Positions 36,118-42,673 of a DNA stretch of 42,673 nucleotides are shown in pieces. Source of the stretch: a virus (taxonomy: Duplodnaviria > Caudoviricetes); the IMG/VR virus record IMGVR_UViG_3300027780_000027, positions 1 through 42,673 of that record. One strand, 5' to 3'. Each line of letters starts with the position of its first letter. Positions within the stretch are counted from its first letter, which is position 1. The notes under the pieces are model-generated. The model saw only the letters and a program-made list of their open reading frames with translations. It was not told the DNA's origin and made no database searches. A program made the translations under genes and the position numbers.

Positions 36118-36525
36118 ATGAAACTTAGAATAACTCGCACAGCTAAATATCATAAAACAATTACCATCACACTATACACTGCAAAAGAAATGCTGGATTA
36201 TAGTACCATAACACATGACCATACAGAGTATGATACAGAATGGGATGATTTGCTTTATTCATTACATGAGTACCAAGGAATTGATTCACATGTAAGTAAA
36301 GAAATAGTTAATGATCAACTTGAATGTGGATTTGTAGTTTGTGCTATAGTTATGTATAGTAAGGATGCAAAGAAACTTGAATATATTGAACAACAAATAA
36401 CTCAATATTTATTAAATGTTTTATCTGAAACATATCCTTGGGATCCAACAGGTGAAATGCTTAAAGACATGGAAAATGAATCGGATCAATCTAAAGCAGA
36501 TGATCTAATTAACCAATATGAATAA
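36118..36525 (+). CDS. Acidic hypothetical protein
   Basis: 135-aa ORF in a tightly packed plus-strand array. Confidence 0.75.
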   Translation: MKLRITRTAKYHKTITITLYTAKEMLDYSTITHDHTEYDTEWDDLLYSLHEYQGIDSHVSKEIVNDQLECGFVVCAIVMYSKDAKKLEYIEQQITQYLLNVLSETYPWDPTGEMLKDMENESDQSKADDLINQYE

Positions 36526-36536
36526 CAAAAAACAAA

Positions 36537-36818
36537 ATGCAAAAACTAATTATCCTTAAACCAGAATCCATTGTACAGTATAAATCCATGATAGGAGTTA
36601 TATTGGACAATGAAGATGACAAGCTAACATTTAGTACAGGTCATAAAATTTATCGTATCAAAGAAAAAGATGTAAAAATACCGTCTAATGAAGATAGAGA
36701 TGATAAACTATTACGTGATGAAGATCTTAAGTATCTAGCTTATGAGCATGACATCATAGACATACAACATAGAGATAAAGTAGATACGTACTTATCGTAT
36801 GTTGCTAGTTATAATTAA
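36537..36818 (+). CDS. Hypothetical protein
   Basis: 93-aa ORF. Confidence 0.7.
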   Translation: MQKLIILKPESIVQYKSMIGVILDNEDDKLTFSTGHKIYRIKEKDVKIPSNEDRDDKLLRDEDLKYLAYEHDIIDIQHRDKVDTYLSYVASYN

Positions 36819-36841
36819 ACCACTCACTTAAAATTAGACCA

Positions 36842-37159
36842 ATGAAAAATTTATTAAAGAATATTTTTAATCTAGTGTATATTATATTACTACCAATAGG
36901 TATTATATCAGCCACTGCATATATGATATTATGGCTTGAAACACCATGGTATGTAAATGCTATGATGATTATGCTAACAATACTATCTACATTTATTGCA
37001 GCATCGTTTTATAATAATGAATTAGAACTACGTAACATGCGTAGATTAGCATTTAAAATACAAGTAGCACCAATTTGTGGTTTCGCAATAGGCTATGTAG
37101 AAAAATGTCTTGTTATTCTATTACCTTTTGTAACAATAGAGATTTATAAGAAACCTTAA
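36842..37159 (+). CDS. Membrane protein
   Basis: Two N-terminal TM helices and a hydrophobic C-terminus. Confidence 0.7.
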   Translation: MKNLLKNIFNLVYIILLPIGIISATAYMILWLETPWYVNAMMIMLTILSTFIAASFYNNELELRNMRRLAFKIQVAPICGFAIGYVEKCLVILLPFVTIEIYKKP

Positions 37160-37376
37160 TTTAGAAAAAAAAGGGCCATCAGTGACACCCTAACAACACC
37201 AGTAATATTATTATCTATAATAACACTAGGTATTAAGGCTAAGGAAATGGTTAAGTAAGTGGTAACCAAAGCAAAATAAGAATGGTTAAATAACCAGGTT
37301 AGACCCTAGCCTACAATAATGTAGTGGGTGACACTAGCAATGTTAGCCATTCTGTTTTGTTTTAAAAAAATAACAA

Positions 37377-37553
37377 ATGGAAATAGCAAACAATTTAAAA
37401 ACAAATGTCTTTAGTTATTTAGAAAGACTAAGGGATAGTGGAGTAATAAATATGATGGGAGCATCTTCATACATAGAAGAAGAATTTCAATTAGATAAAA
37501 AAACATCAAAGCATTTACTAATATCTTGGATAAAAACATTTAAACATGAATAA
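37377..37553 (+). CDS. Small conserved phage protein, 58 aa, not in ORF track
   Basis: FSYLERLRDSGVINMMGASSYIEEEF...LLISWI resembles a widespread small phage family. Confidence 0.75.
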   Translation: MEIANNLKTNVFSYLERLRDSGVINMMGASSYIEEEFQLDKKTSKHLLISWIKTFKHE

Positions 37554-38076
37554 AGCTTATACAATACAAGAAGAATCAATTAGAGACCTTTTAACAAGTG
37601 TTATTAATCCAAAGTATGTTGGTAATCATGATAATATAGAACACATAGGAGACATGCTTACATCTCTATCAGAGGACAATGTAAGTGTATTAGTTACATT
37701 AGTATTGGCAAGAAAAGAAAAAATACCGTTTTGTATTGGTGATACAATAAAGTTTAAACCTAATACTTATTCATCAATATATGATAAAGATATTATGAAA
37801 GATAAAAGGTTAATGTCTGATGATGGCTATGTATATGGTGTTATAAAAGCGGATGGTTCATGGAATAATGAATCGTTTAATCCTTATTATCCAACAATGA
37901 ATGTAGAAATGTACATATGGAAAAATGATAAAGTTACAATGTATGAAGATTCTTTGAAGACTGTTAGTCTAATTAAAATAGATCCAAAAGATTTACCTGA
38001 TTTTAACAGCAAAGAATATTTAGATTTCTTTAGTAAAGAAGTAAAACAAGAAATAGATAATACTTTAAACATATAA
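37546..38076 (+). CDS. Hypothetical protein
   Basis: 176-aa ORF. Confidence 0.8.
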   Translation: MNKAYTIQEESIRDLLTSVINPKYVGNHDNIEHIGDMLTSLSEDNVSVLVTLVLARKEKIPFCIGDTIKFKPNTYSSIYDKDIMKDKRLMSDDGYVYGVIKADGSWNNESFNPYYPTMNVEMYIWKNDKVTMYEDSLKTVSLIKIDPKDLPDFNSKEYLDFFSKEVKQEIDNTLNI

Positions 38077-38080
38077 TATT

Positions 38081-38302
38081 ATGCCTAAAATTGAAATGAA
38101 AGTAATCCAAGAAGATTACAAGAACTGGCTTGCTTTAAAAAAATCTGTAGAAAAAGTACCTGGAGCTAAAATACAATCATTTGGTAAACAAATGAATATA
38201 ATACATTCTTTAGATAATGATGCATTAGAAAAAGAAACGGATCCTAATGTAGCACTATTGATGCTTATGAAAGACCATGTCAACTATAAAAAAGACATAT
38301 AG
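38081..38302 (+). CDS. Hypothetical protein
   Basis: 73-aa ORF. Confidence 0.7.
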   Translation: MPKIEMKVIQEDYKNWLALKKSVEKVPGAKIQSFGKQMNIIHSLDNDALEKETDPNVALLMLMKDHVNYKKDI

Positions 38303-38534
38303 GTTTGGAATAGTATCATGTGATGTTATCTTAGATCCTGATATTACATTACAATCAAAAGCATTATATGCTGCATTAGCATGTTATGCAAATAAACAAA
38401 GAACTTGTTTTCCCTCTATATCAACACTGTCCAATGACTTAAATGTTAGTGAAAGAACTATCAAAAGATTGATAAAAGAGTTAAAAAATAAGAAAATTGT
38501 AGTAAGAACAGGTAGAAATTTAAAAATAAAATAG
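38277..38534 (+). CDS. Winged helix-turn-helix protein (HTH_36-like)
   Basis: DPDITLQSKALY..L...CFPSISTLSNDLNVSERTIKRLIKEL. Confidence 0.85.
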   Translation: MSTIKKTYRFGIVSCDVILDPDITLQSKALYAALACYANKQRTCFPSISTLSNDLNVSERTIKRLIKELKNKKIVVRTGRNLKIK

Positions 38535-38598
38535 ACTTGTTAGCTATATATATGTCTATTATATTTTAAAATTAGATAAATCTGTTTCATATTAATCA

Positions 38599-38626
38599 TT
38601 TACATATATAAAAATAGTTATTTTTG
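38599..38626 (+). promoter_or_regulatory. Bacteroidota sigma-type promoter candidate
   Basis: TATTTTTG at 38619-38626 fits the TAnnTTTG -7 element, with TTTAC upstream. Confidence 0.5.
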
Positions 38627-38652
38627 TTAGAGTTACTAGCATAAATAATAAA

Positions 38653-38928
38653 ATGATTATACAATTACCCAATGGTAGAGTAGTAGAATGTTCTCTTGAA
38701 CAGTATCTATCATTGTCAGAAGTTGAAATTAAAGAGCTGAACGGTTTAAGTACAGCATATACCAAAGAAGTGGGTGATCCTTTTTACAATAAGTTTTCAA
38801 ATCACATAGCAGATGGTAAAATTGATCCAGAAATTGCAGAAGCAATTATGGAGCATGAACCAGATCTATATGATATTGATTCTTTTGAAAAATTAGAAGA
38901 CCCGTATTTCCACTCGGATGATGTCTAA
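38653..38928 (+). CDS. Acidic hypothetical protein
   Basis: 91 aa, MIIQLPNGRVVECSLEQYL. Confidence 0.8.
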   Translation: MIIQLPNGRVVECSLEQYLSLSEVEIKELNGLSTAYTKEVGDPFYNKFSNHIADGKIDPEIAEAIMEHEPDLYDIDSFEKLEDPYFHSDDV

Positions 38929-38973
38929 TCTATAGACAGTCCAATCATTTATTAATTACAAAAACAATTTATT

Positions 38974-39577
38974 ATGCAAAGTAAAGTAAACATCCTTGCA
39001 GATGACATGGGAAATGTTGTCCGCCAATCAAGTACAAATTCAGAATTTGGTCACGTTAGACTACAACAAACTAGAGTTACTTTTGGGTAACGGTGGTTGG
39101 GTTAAAAAATCTAACATTAGTACCTTATTACATGGTAAGCTAGAAGACTTACAAGAATTAGGTTTAGAATCTATGAATTCATTACCTGGTAAAATTGTTA
39201 TTAAAGAACAATTAGAACCATTTAGCAAAACTGATCCAGACAGAGATTATAAAAAAGCAGGTGAAACTGGTATTATATGCTGTGTTGATGGACAACCTAT
39301 TTATAGGAAAACATTTTTTGTTGCAGATACAACTGCAGAAGATGTATTAATTGCTCATAATAATGGTCAAGCTATTAAAGATGCAAATATTTTAGAAAAA
39401 GCAACTGTAGCTGATAATAATACTTCAGCAGCAGAAGCATTTGGATTTGAAGACCCAAAAGATGAAGATACAACAGATACAACTGAAGAAGTTGCAGATG
39501 AGGTAGAAGAAGTTGAAGAAGAAGAAACAGAAGAAACAGAAGACGAAGTTCTTGTAGAAGAAACTTTTGAACTGTAA
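38974..39577 (+). CDS. Frameshift-interrupted gene with long acidic tail (SSB-like candidate)
   Basis: ATG at 38974 gives MQSKVNILADDMGNVVRQSS...VTFG and stops at TAA 39088; the +1 frame continues NGGWVKKS... to an E/D-rich tail. Confidence 0.7.
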
Positions 39578-39697
39578 ATAGCTTTCTAAGAAATGCGTGA
39601 GGTTTTCCTAATAGGAAATTAAATATTGTTGGGTTAATACAATAGCCTCTCTCATTTTATAATAATTCATTTTTAAAACACAAAAACCACATGCCAT

Positions 39698-40231
39698 ATG
39701 CTATCTCCAGAACAAATAACAAAACTTCAAGAAGAACAAAGTAAATCTTTATTATCTTATCAACTTCAACGTTACCAATACTATGGTATACTAGAAGAAT
39801 ATCAGACACATCCTGAATCTTTAATTAATTCATTTGAATATAAAAGATTAAACCCATATCAACATTTTTTATTTAAAAGAGTGTTGCATGGACTTAATGT
39901 ATATACCAAAGAAGAAATTACAAAATTACATTGGGATAAGAAAAGAAGAATAACTAAGGTTTGGAAAAGATCTCAAAAAGAAATCAATGCTTGGAAACAA
40001 ACAATATGTAGCAAAAGAGTTAATAGACTTTTTAAAAAAACTTTTACTGGTTCATCAGTAGAGTATATTGTATCAATTCCTTGTGATGAAATATTAGAAG
40101 ATTATCATAATACTTTATCTTTTAAACAGTTAAACATAGAATATGAAGATGTTATCTTATATTTTATGTCTAAAGGTCTATTACCAAAGAATTATTTAAC
40201 TTTAAAACCTGATAATAATCAACAAGCTTAA
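39698..40231 (+). CDS. Hypothetical protein
   Basis: 177-aa ORF; an alternative in-frame start is not excluded. Confidence 0.8.
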   Translation: MLSPEQITKLQEEQSKSLLSYQLQRYQYYGILEEYQTHPESLINSFEYKRLNPYQHFLFKRVLHGLNVYTKEEITKLHWDKKRRITKVWKRSQKEINAWKQTICSKRVNRLFKKTFTGSSVEYIVSIPCDEILEDYHNTLSFKQLNIEYEDVILYFMSKGLLPKNYLTLKPDNNQQA

Positions 40232-40236
40232 TTAGC

Positions 40237-40638
40237 ATGATTGAACAAAAAAGAAAACTATGTAACAATTGCAATACTGAGCAGTTCATTTGGAAAAATG
40301 ATAAAGGCAGCAAGTATTGCAAAAGTTGCTGGTATAAAGGGAAAAAAACTATAAAACCATTAGCTAGAAAAAGAATTAATCCTAAATCTAAAAAAATGCA
40401 AGTATTAGATTTAGCATATTCAAAGTTAAGGCGTAAATTTATGGAAGAAAAACCAACATGTGAAGCCGCATTGCATTGCTGTAATGGAGCTTCTACTGAT
40501 GTTCATCATAAAAAAGGCCGTGGAAAATATCATTTAGTTGTAAACACCTGGTTATCAGTATGTAGACCATGTCATAATTATATTGAAGAACATCCTAATG
40601 AAGCAATAGAACTTGGCTACTCAGAAAAAAGAATTTAA
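40237..40638 (+). CDS. Zn-finger HNH-like endonuclease
   Basis: CNNC..CKSC N-terminal finger; C...C..STDVHH...CRPCHNYIEEHP. Confidence 0.75.
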   Translation: MIEQKRKLCNNCNTEQFIWKNDKGSKYCKSCWYKGKKTIKPLARKRINPKSKKMQVLDLAYSKLRRKFMEEKPTCEAALHCCNGASTDVHHKKGRGKYHLVVNTWLSVCRPCHNYIEEHPNEAIELGYSEKRI

Positions 40639-40640
40639 TT

Positions 40641-41753
40641 ATGCAAGAAAAAAAAATAAATAGGACCAATGTACAATTAGAAGCTTTAGAAACTGCAAAA
40701 GCTAATAAAAGATGTGGTTTGGCTATATCTATGGGTGTAGGTAAAACTAGAATAGCAATACAACATTTACAATATTGCTATAACCCATTAATAGAAGTTT
40801 TAGTTGTTGTACCAACACATGCAATAGCTGGATCTTGGTTTACAGAATTAGATAAGTTAAACTTAGGAAATTTATCTAAACATATAACGTTTACTACGTA
40901 CATATCTTTAAAGAAACATAACCCAAATGACTATGATATAGTTTATTTAGATGAATGTCATTCTTTGTTATATAATCATGAAATATTTTTATCTCAATTT
41001 AAAGGTAAGATATTAGGTTTAACTGGTACACCACCTAAGCATTCTGATTCTGAAAAAGGCATTATGGTTTCAAAGTATTGTCCTATTAAATATAAATTCA
41101 CCGTTGATCAAGCTACTGACTCTAATATATTAAATAATTATAAAATTATAGTTCACCAACTAGAATTATCTAAAACTTCTTCTTTAAAAAAAAGTAAAAA
41201 AGATGGAGGTCAGTGGTTTACTAGTGAATTTAAAGATTACCATTATGTAAGTAATAGAGTTGCTCAAGCTAATCCAGGTAAGCAAAAACAATTTGCAGCC
41301 ATTATGAGAATGAGAGCTTTAATGCAATATAATACTAAAGAATTATATGTTAAGTCATTAGCAAATAAACTAAACACTAAGTGTATAATATTTGCAAATA
41401 CTCAAAAGCAAGCTGATAAATTATGCAAACACAGTTACCATTCAGGTAATAATAAATCAGAAGAAAATTTAGAATTGTTTTCTGACGGTAGAATAGATAG
41501 ATTATCATGTGTATTGCAATTATCAGAAGGTGTTACTATACCAAATTTAGAACAAGGTATAATAATGCATGCTTATGGTAATGAAAGAAAGTCATCACAG
41601 AGGATAGGAAGGCTTTTAAGATTAAATCCAACACAAACTGCCGTTTGTCATATACTATGTTATAACGGTACTCAAGATGAAGTTTGGGTGAACAATGCAC
41701 TCAAAGACTTTGATCAAACTAAAATTAAATATCACAAACCTTTAATAAATTAA
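40641..41753 (+). CDS. Superfamily II (DExH, ResIII/UvsW-like) helicase
   Basis: SMGVGKT (I), LDECH (II), LTGT (III), LSEGV (V), QRIGRLLR (VI). Confidence 0.92.
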   Translation: MQEKKINRTNVQLEALETAKANKRCGLAISMGVGKTRIAIQHLQYCYNPLIEVLVVVPTHAIAGSWFTELDKLNLGNLSKHITFTTYISLKKHNPNDYDIVYLDECHSLLYNHEIFLSQFKGKILGLTGTPPKHSDSEKGIMVSKYCPIKYKFTVDQATDSNILNNYKIIVHQLELSKTSSLKKSKKDGGQWFTSEFKDYHYVSNRVAQANPGKQKQFAAIMRMRALMQYNTKELYVKSLANKLNTKCIIFANTQKQADKLCKHSYHSGNNKSEENLELFSDGRIDRLSCVLQLSEGVTIPNLEQGIIMHAYGNERKSSQRIGRLLRLNPTQTAVCHILCYNGTQDEVWVNNALKDFDQTKIKYHKPLIN

Positions 41754-41757
41754 AATT

Positions 41758-41925
41758 ATGGAAACACTAATAGGAATTACAGCAATGGTAGCAGTAATAT
41801 GTTCAATTTATTTAGCATTTAAACTTGGCGTCAAAGCCGGAAAATATGTTTTAAAAACAAATCTTAACAAATTAACTGTTAGGCAGATGTTGAAGCATAA
41901 AAGAGAAAATTTTAAATCTTTATAG
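41758..41925 (+). CDS. 55-aa single-TM protein, not in ORF track
   Basis: METLIGITAMVAVICSIYLAFKLG...; fills the gap between neighbours. Confidence 0.6.
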   Translation: METLIGITAMVAVICSIYLAFKLGVKAGKYVLKTNLNKLTVRQMLKHKRENFKSL

Positions 41926-41927
41926 TT

Positions 41928-42161
41928 ATGGGAAAAATGAAAGAGTTGTTTATAGAACAACAAAATGAAGCATATAACGGATCTCATGATTTAATGATTG
42001 AAGATTTAGCTAGACAAACTGTAGAAGAATATATAATAGAAGGTGATACACCTTGTCCTAATTGTAACCAAGTTTCACTATTGCGTAATATGAGTAATGC
42101 TAAATGCACTGAATGTGCTCAAGAATTTACTTATGTTGGTGATGCATTAAGATTTATATAA
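41928..42161 (+). CDS. Zn-ribbon small protein
   Basis: MGKMKELF N-terminus; CPNC...CTEC. Confidence 0.7.
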   Translation: MGKMKELFIEQQNEAYNGSHDLMIEDLARQTVEEYIIEGDTPCPNCNQVSLLRNMSNAKCTECAQEFTYVGDALRFI

Positions 42162-42406
42162 TGAATATATTTGAATATGAACATGAAAATAATCTATTAG
42201 AAATAGAATATAAATATTATCCGGCAGAATTAAATCAACCTTATGATAGTAATGGAGAACCCGGAACACAAGGTTCAGGTCATTCTATAGAAATATATCA
42301 CATTTGGTCAATTCTTACAGATAGACTTGGAAATGCAGTATCAGTTGACGTGCAAGATATTGTGCATATTGATTTGGAAACAATTATACTTGAGTTTCAT
42401 GAGTGA
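42161..42406 (+). CDS. Acidic hypothetical protein
   Basis: 81 aa, TAATG-coupled to the previous gene. Confidence 0.7.
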   Translation: MNIFEYEHENNLLEIEYKYYPAELNQPYDSNGEPGTQGSGHSIEIYHIWSILTDRLGNAVSVDVQDIVHIDLETIILEFHE

Positions 42407-42539
42407 AATAAAATATATAAACAATAGAATGTATAAATATATAAATGGTAAATGGGTTGATGAAAGATCACAAATAGAAATTGATCCACATGATCCAGAC
42501 TACCGTGAATTACATAATATACAAATACGTAAGTTATGA
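42399..42539 (+). CDS. 46-aa hypothetical protein
   Basis: ATG at 42399 preferred over 42327 to avoid a long overlap. Confidence 0.55.
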   Translation: MSEIKYINNRMYKYINGKWVDERSQIEIDPHDPDYRELHNIQIRKL

Positions 42540-42673
42540 GCAAAAAGATAATACAAAAGCTACAACAAAAGATTGATACTTTGCCAAAAGGTAAAGAAAG
42601 AAAGAAATTAAAAAAGAAATTATTAAATTTAAAAATCAAACAAATTATGAAAAAAATATTATTCTTATTAGCA
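42536..42673 (+). CDS. Basic hypothetical protein, truncated at the window edge
   Basis: MSKKIIQKLQQKIDTLPKG..., ATGA overlap with the previous gene, open to the window end. Confidence 0.5.
   Translation, partial: MSKKIIQKLQQKIDTLPKGKERKKLKKKLLNLKIKQIMKKILFLLA

Noticed and set aside
37160-37376. tRNA gene in this or other intergenic gaps
   Set aside because: No GTTCRA T-loop or canonical acceptor stem found by eye; tRNAscan-SE/ARAGORN would settle it.
1-42673. Stop-codon reassignment, as known in some crAss-like phages
   Set aside because: Core genes are intact in the standard code, and TAG ends the MCP right before its terminator.

Overview
AT-rich dsDNA phage segment with the gene content and order of a crAss-like (Crassvirales-related) podophage. 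The host is probably a Bacteroidota/Flavobacteriia species; this is inferred from gene families, A-rich leaders without Shine-Dalgarno sites and TAnnTTTG-type promoters. About 1-34,160 is a minus-strand late/virion block. In transcription order it holds: small basic proteins and two fibre/adhesin modules, a lysis module (amidase and holin candidates), HU/IHF-like proteins, a PD-(D/E)XK nuclease, GroES, large terminase, portal, scaffold-like protein, major capsid protein, ring and auxiliary capsid-like proteins, Cys-rich FN3/VWA proteins, a metallophosphoesterase, further ring proteins and a truncated muzzle/stabilization protein. After a strand switch at about 34.2 kb comes a plus-strand early/replication block of small genes, an HTH protein, an HNH-like nuclease and an SF2 helicase. 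The most interesting unexplained features are: a duplicated motif-gene-hairpin cassette with an ssDNA-type GAA hairpin at the strand switch; a 23-bp direct repeat flanking a BspA adhesin cassette; a hairpin whose loop is antisense to a recurring AAAACCAA leader motif; several multibranch intergenic structures; and a +1 frameshift at GGG-TAA. All assignments come from motif reading and synteny only; no searches were run.
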